From Marsupella aquatica (Eukaryota > Plantae > Marchantiophyta): a stretch of 64,000 nucleotides of DNA. The DNA is taken from positions 14,786,330 through 14,850,329 of the forward strand of contig OZ316898.1 in assembly GCA_973895155.1 (NCBI GenBank), written 5' to 3'. Below, piece by piece: positions 12,370-23,818 of the stretch. How positions within the stretch are numbered: the stretch's first letter is position 1; every line of letters starts with the position of its first letter. Both the position numbers and the translations under genes were made by a program. The notes beneath the pieces are model-generated. The model was not told the origin of the DNA. It was given only the letters and a program-made list of their open reading frames with translations, and searched no databases.

Positions 12370-14794
12370 ATGAATACCACTTCTCCATTGACAATTGATG
12401 GAGGGGTGGATGTCAAGTTGATACAACGAGTATCCAATGTCCTGGCGAAAGCTGAGACAGGCATCACGAAGGAAAACACCAAAGCTCAACTGCCAAGAGC
12501 AGCTAAGAAAGTGAAAGGCCAGAGCTCTGATGTAACTTGGTCTCCGACCGAGTTCTACAAGGATGTTGCCTGGTTTGCTACAAAATTTGGTCTCCCCAAT
12601 GAGGGTGAAACTCCGCACAAGATTTTAGATCTCACCAAGGAACAGTTGAGTGCGTGCTTTGGTGAGGTAACAAGGAATGGCTATAAGCTAAGTACTTGCA
12701 CGGGTATTCCTCTTGATGAGATTTTAGCACTGTCTCAAGTGGTGGACGGGTATGAGAAGCCTATTAATGGAATTCTATCTCATACGTTTGTCAAAGGTGC
12801 CTATGCCGAGCGGGTGCTTCATAGAAAGGTAAACTGGGCAGCTTATGCATCGACAAAACTGAAGGGTCAGGTAACTCAGTGGTCACGAGATGGGAAAGGT
12901 AGGCCTGATGGCCCTCCTTGTGTTAGAAAGCCTCAACTGTATTCAGCTCCAAAGTCTTCGTCAGAGACTAAACCCGTCGTCTGTGACGGACAGTTAGCAC
13001 TTTTTGAGAGCCCTAAAAGTGTCGTGCCCAAGGAGCTTGGCAGTTGCAGCTTGACCAAGGTTAGGACAGTACCTCCTCCCACACCTATTCTATGTGTTCG
13101 TCCATCTGAGAAGAGACAGATTCCCTTGAAAGTGAAGAATGTTCTGGTATCTGCCATAGAAGTCGAGATATCTAAAATGAGGGGTCAGCTCGTGTCTGTG
13201 AACAAGAGGTTTGACAAGGTCCATTCTACCATGGACAAACTGAAGGTAATTCAGTCGGGACGTGATGATGTGGAGAGCTCATTACAGCAAGAGATTGAGA
13301 ACCTACGACTTCAAGAAGATAAAATCTCCAACGAAATTGATGCAGAAGAAATTGCAGTGGAAGAACTAACGACCGACATTGAGTTGGAATCCAACAAGCA
13401 GGGTGAAGGAGAGGCGATTGAAGAGGTACTTTGAGATTTCCTCCTTCATCTTGCTAGGATCATGTCCTTTCTCTGTTTAGGACCCGTTTGTTTGCGGTTG
13501 TGGACTTCAATGTGGGCTTTAGGCGATGGACCTTGTGGCAAGACATGTGATTGTTTGAAATGTTGATATTGCAGGTTAACAACGACTTGTTGGCCTTGAT
13601 GGGGACAACGCTGAGAACTCACGAGAGTACAGTCATCCAGCTTTCTAGCCTGTTGGAAGCCACCCGATGGGATTTGCATAGTGTGAAGGAAAGATTATAG
13701 AGAAAACAAGAGTATGACGAGAGTGTGCCTAAAATGATGTCCCGGATGTTTGACTTATCTAACAAGTTAACAGCAGAACGCCGAAAGATTGAATCTAATT
13801 TGAAGCATCAGGAAGTAGAGCTTGCGATTGTGGCAGACATTTTATGCAACCCATGTCCTGCAGTGATGCCATGTTATACCCTTACGTCCACTGAAACAAG
13901 TTTTAGCAGAGTTTTTGTATCAAGTTGTCCAATTTGTTGCAATGGATACCATTGCTACAATTGGATCCCAACATCATGTGGGCACACATATCATCCTGCA
14001 TGTTTGTTTACTTATATTCATTCATGTACGGGCGGCCCACAATGCAAGGCATGCGGGGCAATTTTCAGTAATGACTGGTTACAAACCTGGGGTTTAGATG
14101 ATGAGCAAGGCTACAAAGAGGGCACTCATATAGCCCTGGAGCATCACCCAATGGCCATGGAAGTGGAGGACCTATATGGGAAGAACTGTAGGCGATTGGC
14201 CCAGAGGCGACAGTTGGTGAACAATATGGTCTCAATCGAAAGAAAGGTATCCACTGATCTGCACTTTAATTGCTAGTTGGCTTTCAATTGATGAATTTGC
14301 AATCTTTGGAGATGGATGGGTTACGAATGGATGTTGAGCACTGTTCATTGTGTACTGCTTCTTATGGAACATGGTCTGCTGTTGTGGAGCAGGATTTGCA
14401 AGAGATTGTTGAGCGATGCTTGGCTTCTATAACACCTTCTTCCACGGTTGAGGATGCAGCTATTGAGGATTGCGGTGGTGAAGACAGATCATCCAAGATG
14501 GTCATGTTGTCACCAAAGGTTGAGGATGAGGATTCAGGGAAAAAATGGAAGTGTGATGTCGATTCTAGCAGGAAGGTGAAATTAATACCGTTGTTGAGTG
14601 CTAAGCCTGGTCAACATGTGCTAACGCCTAGTGCCACTCTCCCATTTTCCCCAGAGGCAGATGTCACCTTTAAGACATACTCTTCACTGAAGACTCCAAG
14701 CCCTTATGGACCGACAATACCTCCACCAAATTGCGATGGTGTAGATGCTAGGCCAAAGAAGAAGCTTTACAATATGCCTCGGATAACGTTTTAA
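12370..14794 (+). pseudogene. OUTER cargo: intron-containing coiled-coil + RING-H2 protein (putative E3 ligase), with stops
   Basis: Coiled coil at the end of ORF 12370-13434, GT..AG intron ~13426-13574, then RING-H2 CPIC-x13-CGHTYHPAC-x13-CKAC in 13725-14276. Confidence 0.65.
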
Positions 14795-15079
14795 GTCGTA
14801 CATTCTGTGGCTGTTGAAGATGTGGTGTGCATTTTGCAATGCGCATACCGTGATTTTCATGCCTTTTGTGTTTAAAACTTCCTCTATGCTCTTTGTGCAG
14901 CTTCGAAAGACCAGCTGCAAATCATATTTTTGAGCAATTCTCAGTTTCTCACTGATAAGTCTTCACTAAACCCTCTATTGGCAAATGTCATGTGCAAATG
15001 ATGAGGAACCTTTAGCAAAGTCTTGTTGGTAATAGCACGGTCACTCTCTAATCCGAGTAATCTTAGATGAGGGGTCTGG

Positions 15080-15830
15080 TCCTTTTTGAAAGGAGTGTAC
15101 ACAGGAGCGAGTCTTGTACAGTCCTTTTACACTTAGTTCATGACTTGTGTCAATTAAACGAGTTCTGAAATCTGCTCTGTCAAGGACTGTGAGCCCTTGT
15201 CAACCATTTTTTTACCTCTTAGATGTTCTTCTTTGTTAAGGACTGGGTGGCCTTCGTGAAGGAGTGGGTGTCAGTTTTCAAGGAGTCCATGTCCATTGTG
15301 AAAGGAGTCTAACTCCTTTTCCAAGGAGTCTATTTCCTTTTCCAAGGAGTCTGACTCCTTTTCCAAGGAGTTCAGGTCCTTCTGAAGCAAGTGCATGTCC
15401 TTGGTCAAGGAGTGTCACTCCTTTGTTAAGGAGTGCATGTCCTTTTTAAAGGACTGATGGTCCTTGACAAAGGAGCACTAGTCCTTTGAAAGGACAGTTG
15501 GTCCTTGACAAAGGAGCAATAGTCCTTTTGAAAGGACTTTCGGTCCTTGTAAAAGGAGTGTTACTCCTTTCCAAAGGACTGTTCATTTAGGAATGTTTGT
15601 CCTTTGGAAAGGAGTGTGTGTCCTTAAAGTAGTAGACGTCTTCGAAAAAGGAGTCGAACAGGGAGTGCATGTCCTTAGAGAAGGAGTGATTCTCCTTTTT
15701 GAGGAGTGGGTGTGATTCAAGTAATTTCTCCCTTCTGCAAACAAGTCCTTTCCTTGGTCAAGTCCCCGGTCAAGTAGAGTATGTGCTTTGTAGTATCTGG
15801 ATCTTGACTGTGTCCTTAAGGAGTGAACTG
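15080..15830. repeat. Degenerate array of AAAGGAGT-N3-ACTCCTTT palindromes (~21-22 bp period)
   Basis: For example aaaggagtctaactcctttt at 15301, with many variants. Confidence 0.8.
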
Positions 15831-16630
15831 TGAATGTGCCATTCAGTACTTCCATGATAGCATACGTGCAGCATAAGATTTTAGCAGTTTCTAAATACTT
15901 AGCCTCTCTGTTTGATTTGCTGCAGATGGCCAAGAATGAGAAGTTTGTCACCCTCCATCTGGCCAAGATTGAATCCATGTGGGGACTTTGTGCTGGCTCT
16001 TATGTTTATGAAGGTTGTTCAAACCTGTTGAGTGATGGTAGACCCTGTGCTTTGGGCAAGCACAAGCAAAAATTGAGAAGGCAAGATGCAAACTCCCCAA
16101 TGGGACCCCATTCACGAGGCAGAACCACACATGAGTGCTGTGTTGATGGGGCTGGTACACAGATGTACTACTTTGCTGTGCAGATTGGCGATGAAGTGAT
16201 TCAGTTTAATGAAGAGAATGGGGAGAAGCTAATGGGTGTGTCTGGTAAAGTTTTTAAGGACGAGCTTGATGGCTACCCTGACAAGATCAGGAGTGCATGT
16301 ACTCAAGTAATGAGTACATTGTGGACTATTACTTATGTGAAAGACAAAGATGCCTGTCGAGCACTTGCTGTGGCTAGGTCTTTACAGTCAACTAGTGTTA
16401 TTAAATGTGAGCCTAAAGTAGGACCTAGCCTCCCTGAGCCACATAGTAGTGTACATGTGATCATACCAAAGGAAGACAACAATCCTAAGTTTTTGAACTC
16501 GCTCAGCTGTAGTGACACTACTCCGGTGAAAGCCCACTTGGGGCCGCTCAGTAGACTTAAGGATGCCTGTGTGAATTTTGGAGGGGAGCTATTTGAGTCC
16601 CTGAAATCTATGAAGATCACCTACGAGTAG
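15830..16630 (+). CDS. OUTER cargo: putative zinc-ribbon OB-fold protein (RPA1 C-terminal-like)
   Basis: YVYEGC..C..K..CC..MYYFAVQIGD..FNEENGEKLMGVSG loosely matches the RPA1 DBD-C pattern (YxAC..C..RY.L...D..F.E.AE.LLG.SA). Likely start ATG ~15926 after an AG acceptor. Confidence 0.5.
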   Translation: MNVPFSTSMIAYVQHKILAVSKYLASLFDLLQMAKNEKFVTLHLAKIESMWGLCAGSYVYEGCSNLLSDGRPCALGKHKQKLRRQDANSPMGPHSRGRTTHECCVDGAGTQMYYFAVQIGDEVIQFNEENGEKLMGVSGKVFKDELDGYPDKIRSACTQVMSTLWTITYVKDKDACRALAVARSLQSTSVIKCEPKVGPSLPEPHSSVHVIIPKEDNNPKFLNSLSCSDTTPVKAHLGPLSRLKDACVNFGGELFESLKSMKITYE

Positions 16631-16820
16631 TATAGTGAAGTAGTTAGACAAAGTTGGAACCAATTACACTTGGATGTTTACTCCAATCTTTGTAAAACTA
16701 AGACTCAAGAGCAATCATGAATATATTTTGAAGCGTGTATATTTTTCCCCACTCAAATGACTTTCCTGTGGGACATAAGTACTACCTTTTAGTAGCGGCT
16801 ATTGAAGTAAGTTAGACAGT

Positions 16821-17366
16821 TTAACTCCACCTTGGGATGCGCTTGACTTCAAAACCTCCACCTTCTAGTATACTGTGGGACATAGGTTGCATTTTTACTC
16901 TTGCAGTGGTAAGTGAATATTCAACTCCATCCCATCCCCGCAGGGCACATATAATGGATGACAACTCCAGCCTCCCTTTCTCAAGGTTGTAGGTTTTGAG
17001 TTCTCTTAGGTTGGACTTTTCCAATATGAAATCTCTACTGTACATTGTCCTGCTCTTTCTGGATCTGGAACAGGTAGACAATGAGAATACTAACCATTCT
17101 TAGAGCTGGGAAGTGGTCCCATTTGGAAGCGCATCAAACTCTTCCTTAGTCCTTATGAACTAGTCAGGGATAGTCGATCCAAAAACATTTTGGGAATTTG
17201 GGAGTCTTGAATGGGAAGGACTGTAGCTATGTTCTAGACAACAAATACACAAACTCAAACATGAAGTCCAGATGATTGAAATTAATACATTCAAGTGATA
17301 TAGCCAAATAGACACGCCACTTGAGACTTCTCGGTTGAAAACTAAGCTTGACAAGAGATGGGCCAA
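16821..17366 (-). pseudogene. Decayed hypothetical ORF (OUTER cargo)
   Basis: ORFs 17160-17366 and 16821-17081 are in the same frame, separated by two stops. No recognisable domain. Confidence 0.3.
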
Positions 17367-17514
17367 TTAAAATGAACTTTATTGTGCACAAGGGATTTAT
17401 TACAAAACAGGTGCATCTTACTGCACATATATAGCGATTACTAACAAGAGACCTTTACTAAGTAATATTCAATGCTACCCTTCACTAGTGATATCCAATG
17501 CCTGCTTAGCCTTT

Positions 17515-17614
17515 ATTGTATACTAACTGAGGACTATCCACTGATATGGTTTAACCTTCAGTGGATAGTCCTCAGTTAGTATACAATCATATCAGTGGAT
17601 AGTCCTCAGTTAGT
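17515..17614. repeat. Perfect 30-bp hairpin with a third arm copy
   Basis: 17515-17544 is the reverse complement of 17558-17587 (13-nt loop); 17588-17614 repeats the right arm. Confidence 0.9.
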
Positions 17615-17929
17615 CCACCTTCAGGGAGCTCAAAGTCCTATGGAACAACAATCCACATAAATATTAGTGACAGAAATAGTCAAGCTCACGCAGGGAAGAA
17701 CAGTTCAGCAAATAGACTTTAGCCAACCTACTGTAGCAACTGTAATGTACATATATAAGTAAGACGGATTTTGGTCTTTTTAGCAAGAAGTACATGGCTA
17801 TAATATCTCCCAGGGCTCTAACTCTAGACTCAGGAAAACCCTGAGGACAGTTGTTTAGGACATAAGGGCAGACTGGGTACTGGGAATTTAGGACTAAGGA
17901 TTGACAAAAGTTTGCTAATTCAGGACTTG

Positions 17930-18480
17930 GGCCAGAGGACTCATTAAGTAGGGATGGCAGATTGAGGACTCAATCAGGGTGGAGGACTGATGACTCAGGG
18001 TAGAGGACTGAGGACTAAGGATGGAGGACTGAAGGCTCGGGGAAAAGGACTAAGGACTCAGAATGAAGGACTGAGGATTTGGGGCAGAGGACTGAGGACT
18101 CGGGCACAGGACTGAGGACTAGGGATAAGGACTGAGGACTGAGGGTTTAGGACTGAGGACTAGGGATAAGGACTGAGGACTGAGGACTTAGGACTGAGGA
18201 CTTAGGACTGAGGCAGAGGACTGAGGCAGAGGACTCAGACTGAGGACTCAGGGAAAAGGACTGAGGACTCAGGGAAAAGGATTGAGGACTCAGACTGAGG
18301 ACTCAAGGAAAAGGACTGAGGACTCAGGGAAGAAACCGAGGACTCATGGCAAAGACTAAGGACTGAAGCCAACGGATGAGGACTCCGGACGTTCGGACTG
18401 AGGACTCCGGACGGAGGAACTGAGGACTAGTGACCGAGGACTGAGGACCAGCAACAGATAACTGAGGACTAGAGACAAAA
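17930..18480. repeat. GAGGACT / CTGAGGACT minisatellite downstream of the OUTER transposase
   Basis: Dozens of gaggactga units. Confidence 0.9.
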
Positions 18481-18562
18481 GACAAAGGACTTCAAACGGA
18501 GAATAGAGGACTGGTGATGGAGAAAAAATGGTGAACACACCTCAGTATCCTCCTTCATATTG

Positions 18563-21500
18563 CTAGGAACCCAAGGATGCATATATTGCTGCCAGAGTCT
18601 CGGGCTCAAGGGTGTACATTCTATATCGTCCCTTTCCTGCCTCACATGGAGTGAGACCAAATCTAAGGTGAACTACTGTCTCAGCATGGGCGTAGCTCAC
18701 GCCAGCTAGATCGTTCACCACAAATTTGTTATCTCGCCCTGGGACCTGTTGAAACCACACTGCCCTCAAAGCTAAATCACCCTCGTTAAATTCCTCTCCA
18801 TACGAGTCCTTGAAACTCTTCTTCACGGTGTGCAAAGTCTGCTCACATTGAAGAATGTAGAAGTCCACATTCCACTTGTTACCTATCTCAGCCTTCACTG
18901 CAAAGAAGTCACCTTGTTGAACCAATTCGGCCAGCAGCCCATCCTCCCATTGGTACAGTCCTTCCCCCACTCCCATTTCTTCCACATCAGTTCTCACGTC
19001 ACTTGGCAGGACTCCTTTCACCATGACGAGCTTAAACTGTCCAGCCCAACTTATATTCTCACATTGCAAAGGTTCATCATCTAAGCAATGAGGACAAAAA
19101 CAACAAAGTTCTCTGACTTGAAGGAGAGTTGATAGGCGGTTACTAAATCCATCAAAGCAGTGTAAGGATCGGGAACCTAGGATAGGATCACAGTCCCATT
19201 TCTTCTTGCGATTGACAGCTCCCATTGGAATCTCCCAAAACAGGCGTCGAACAAGTTGGACGTCTCCATACTCCTTTTCTTGGCCCATAGCAAATTTGTC
19301 CTTGCAGAACAAAACCACATCATGGGCATTCTCCAATCGATGTCCATGGATTCCCTTCAGCTGTTCTCTCTCAATCCCTTGCTTTATGTGGCCTCCAAGG
19401 GCATCCTAAAAGCACACACCATAGTACTCATCTCAGGAAATGAAACTTGGATGATGAATGAATATAGAACAACAAATTTACTATAGGGAACTTCAGCTTA
19501 AAACACAATCTGGAATGAGCGGATGTACATGTAAAGTAATATTGCAACTTACAGCGACACCTTTTCCGTGCCCTGAAGCATGGAAATACCACTTCATTCG
19601 TGCACCAAATCTTTTGTAGTATCTGGATACATAATAAAAAGGTCTGCAAGCCTTGAACTGTGAAGCAGCCCCATCTGACCAGACCCAATGTTGCTCAAAC
19701 TGAATTCCTTCCTCCCTCATCCACTGGTTATGAGCATCCATGCAATGTTGGACGAAGAGAGTGTCGTGACAATTGTCATCACTGATATAAAAATGATAAT
19801 CTGCAATAATGTCTCGACCACCCTCCTCATCCAATGCCATCCGAACCGTACTTCCAACAGCAGCCTCCAGAGATTCCACACAATCTTCTCTATGCCTATA
19901 AGTGACATGAATCAACAAAGTGACCTGTCTATTATCCCAGTGTTGACTCTGTATCTCATTTTGGATTTTGAACGTGTAATTTTCAGAGAAATCAATAGAT
20001 GACACTATAGTTCCTCTAGGGAAAGTTTTCAAACAAAGTTTGAATTGTTATGACTGCCAACGTGCTCTGAAATTATGCACAATGAATGTCTTCATTGTAT
20101 TCAAAACCTGACTCTTGAATTCACCCATTGAAGTTCTCTTAAACACCATTCTCAACCGTTTTGACTTTTTTGTAGCACTCTCGTCTGTTCCTTTTTTCTT
20201 CTCTCTCTTTTGCTGGGCTTTCTCATCTAACTCCAAATACTGAAATGTCTCCCACTCAATAAATTGCTTGTCAACTGGATCTAACTCAGATGTACACCAA
20301 TCCAACTTGTTGACACCACAATTCTTACAGGAACCCATGATACATTTCTTTCCATGCCACTGCTTCCCCTCAGCTCTTGGACAAAGAGCTCCATCTATCC
20401 AGCCCCGTACAGATGTTATTGTTGTTCTAGAAGCTACACAACTCTGCAAAGGAGCATCAACTGATGTGCAAATGGGGCAATCACAAGAGCAATGCTTACT
20501 GTGTTCATGCTTCCTGAATTTGTTGATTGCCTCCTTCAAGAGGTCCATTTCAACATGTTGCTTACAGCAACAAACGTTTCTGTCTTTCATAGGACGAATG
20601 TAGTAAGGCTTCATATACTGAAAAGACCTGAAGCCTATATTAACTCCATTCTCATCTCTGCTGCAAAACTCCTGGAATTTTAGAAAAAACTCCACCTGAA
20701 AAAGATGCAAACCTTGCTTCAAAACATATTCAATCATTGTAAACAAAGATGCAGTAGAGTTCAAATTGCTTACTGATGAACATGAAAGCTCCTGTACCCT
20801 ATTGTAAACCCTATTTGAATGTCATTGATAATGACAAATTAACAAAATCTAACCTGGGTATCCTCCAGCCAATGCACCCCATGCTCCTCGTACACATTTA
20901 TACTCAATCTTAGTCTAGCCTTGTCCTTGGCGCAAGGAGAGATTCGAGTATTTGATTCCCAAAACTTTTCCACAATTCTTCGGACTTCAGCTGAAATTTT
21001 GTCGCTTCTCACTTTCCTTTCCCCCATTGGAAACCTTATCAAACAATCGGAATCTATGGACTTCCTCCTTCTTGAAGCTTTATATATGATTTGCCGTTTG
21101 ATACCCAAAGCCCCAGCCACTGAAGTCTGATACCTATTCACTACTGTGGCCTGGCTTGCCAATGCAACTGTCAAGATCTGCTTTGCACCTAGATGGTCTT
21201 TCCGCTTTGCAGTCTTCACTTTTTGCAAGCAATTCTTTAGGTCAGCAACTGCAGCAAGTATCGCTACATCTCTCCGACGAGTCCCAAAAACTGCAGGGAG
21301 GTACTTCTTCAAGGAAGGATGGAGCATAAACTTAGTGAAAAATAGCTTCCTTGCAGACAAATTAAATTTGTCCAATCTACTCAGGATGGATGTCACCGCC
21401 ATAGACACCTGAGACTGAACACTTCGTGTTCTCCTATTGGAATTCAATTCATCTTCTAAATCACCAGCAGACCCACATTGCCAAGCCTCTGTGCATGTAT

Positions 21501-21945
21501 TACCCTTTTTCTTCTATTACCCTTTTTCTTCCAGTATGCTGCTCGCTTCCTTTGAGCATCTCGTGCTCTAAATTCTGTTGAAGCAGAGGATTGATAGTTT
21601 GCTTGCCTCGAAGCTGAACTCTCCCGCTGCAGCTCTGAAGTTTGGCCATGCATGCTCTCACCGAGAAGTTGCCCATCTAAGGACCGAAGACGTGCTTCTT
21701 GACGCCCTATGCAATTGCGGAGAGTTTGTCTTCTTTGTGTCAATTTGTCACATTGTAATTGTGTAGACTGTAGGATGCTAGTAGCTTGTGTACTTGCATT
21801 CACTATGATGTCGGCAGCCTCTTGGGAAGCCTCCGCACGAATTCTACTCGCTTCATTCTCAGCAGATGAAATCATTTGCTGGCATTTGTTTCGCGCATCT
21901 TCCAACAAACCCTGTCTAGCCACATCGTTACTATTACCACCATGT
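18563..21945 (-). pseudogene. Sola2-like DDD transposase of OUTER (main part; 5' exon pieces at 52361-52275 and 51927-51889)
   Basis: Catalytic motifs IDFSENY..EIQSQHW, WSDGAASQFK and HGKGVA|DALGG (spliced across intron 19552-19406). Cys-rich region RNVCCCKQH..CSCDCPIC. In-frame TAA at 20048. Confidence 0.85.
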
Positions 21946-22571
21946 GCAAATCACTATATTCATTAAAACTGTACTTTTAAAAGTCCATAAGATGAACCCT
22001 AAAGTTAATTTATTTCAGGCCAAATTTCTATTAAAGCATTCCCAAAAGCTAATTTTTTTCAGCCCAAATATACACTTTTGAACGCCCAAAATTTTGTTTT
22101 TTTTCACCCAAATGTTTAATAATAACTTAAATTATATATTCTAATTAATTTAAAAATTAGAGTAAATTTAATTTAGTCCAAAAATCAGAGGCCAATACCA
22201 CTCAGACCATCTATAAATTAAAAAATATAGATGGTCATAAATCAAGGGTCAAAATGAGATTGACCCACTATATAATTATTAAATTGTCCAGTCCAGTGAG
22301 AGAGCCTCACACTAAGCATATATCCTAATTATTTACTTTATCCTACATGTTCAAAACATATCCTTTCAAGACATAATATGAATGTACAATTCAGGGTAGG
22401 CACTAGAGCAACCCTATCTCCTAATGATCAAGACAAAACTCATTTGAACAAGAAAGTCTGCTTCCTGATTTATCATAGCGGATGTCACGGTCGCAAGTAT
22501 CTCTTGCATGGTGGTTCTTAAACTTATTGGTGAGATCCCTAGTTCTGAGAACTTTCCAAATAAAATGCCTT

Positions 22572-23480
22572 CTATTTTGTGTATGAGGACCAAAATAGTT
22601 GTCTCCAAGTATTACGTTTGCAGTTTCTTCGATCGATCTCATCCGTGGTCCACGTCTCCAGTGGTGGGTAATGCTGCACCTCGTTCTTTCCGTCCCAAGG
22701 AATCTCTTCAGGAGTCACATCCAAGATGGTTCCAAACTCCCTATGGATACAACGACAATCTCCCCACTTCTGTTCCAAAAGAGCATAGATGGCAGCATGA
22801 TCCTCCTTGCTTGTTAATAAATTGAAAACATACCACTTTGGATTGTTGACAGTGATATAATGTTGAACGCAGTAAGCCTTTCTCAAATTGCAAAGATACG
22901 GCCATAATATCTTGGGCAAAAAAGTGTCATTTGAAGCTGTGTGAGTAAATGGATTTGGAAACAATCCATTCACGTCATAATTCAAAAATGCCTTCAATGG
23001 AGAATCATCAATAAGAACTGTATTAGAAGCATCATATTTTTCTGGAAAACGGTCCCAAATGGTTTGCAAATTCTTCAGAAGTAAATTGGCCTTCCCATCT
23101 GTTATATCTGGCCTTTGGATGCAACTATCAAAGGTATCTTCTTGAGTAAAGACAAACTTGAACTTCTGTCGCTCCTCCTCAGTGAAAATCAACTCCATTA
23201 AGTCCATTGTTTTTGGCCTCCTTGCACAGGTCCAAATTGCGACGTCAAAAACCATGAAAGCTGCATATAGAAATTCGTGGAGGTATGGGCGCTCCACATA
23301 CATGAAATTAAACCCTCCACGTCTCCCCCAGTGCACACCACGTAAACTTGTCTGATTTTGCCATGGTCCTGAGCTTCTGGTTTTAATGCAATCCCAACAA
23401 ATCTTGTTAAGGTCAAGAACCAAGAGCTTTCGCCGGATCGGAGAGTGTAGTATTGGAGTGAATTCTGGAAACATTAACAT
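22572..23480 (-). CDS. MIDDLE cargo: FCP1/SCP-like HAD-family phosphatase domain protein
   Basis: KLLVLDLN, YVERPYLHEFL..FDVAIWT and NTVLIDDSPLK motifs of the FCP1/NIF family. DxDxT is altered to DLNKI. Confidence 0.8.
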   Translation of the reverse strand: MLMFPEFTPILHSPIRRKLLVLDLNKICWDCIKTRSSGPWQNQTSLRGVHWGRRGGFNFMYVERPYLHEFLYAAFMVFDVAIWTCARRPKTMDLMELIFTEEERQKFKFVFTQEDTFDSCIQRPDITDGKANLLLKNLQTIWDRFPEKYDASNTVLIDDSPLKAFLNYDVNGLFPNPFTHTASNDTFLPKILWPYLCNLRKAYCVQHYITVNNPKWYVFNLLTSKEDHAAIYALLEQKWGDCRCIHREFGTILDVTPEEIPWDGKNEVQHYPPLETWTTDEIDRRNCKRNTWRQLFWSSYTK

Positions 23481-23818
23481 AAGCCCTTAGTCAATGCGAC
23501 TCAAAGTTTAAACAATTACTACGGAGGAAAACTCTCAAAATTTGAAATCAAACAAACTTTGTTATAGCATTTGAAGTAGAGAGGAACGACCCTGGGGCGA
23601 CCCTCCTAGAAAAACATTAATTACATTCAATTGCCATTTTTTAGATCCAAAGTATACGTGGGTCAAACCCTTCCTCCACAGCAACGCTTTCCGAGGGAAT
23701 GCCAACAAAATCCTTTGAGGAAGGAGATTCTACGACGGAACTTTGGTCTGTAAAAAATTATATTATTACAAAGATAAAGCTTAGATTGTCATTAAAATAC
23801 CAAGAACCAAAGAAAGGG

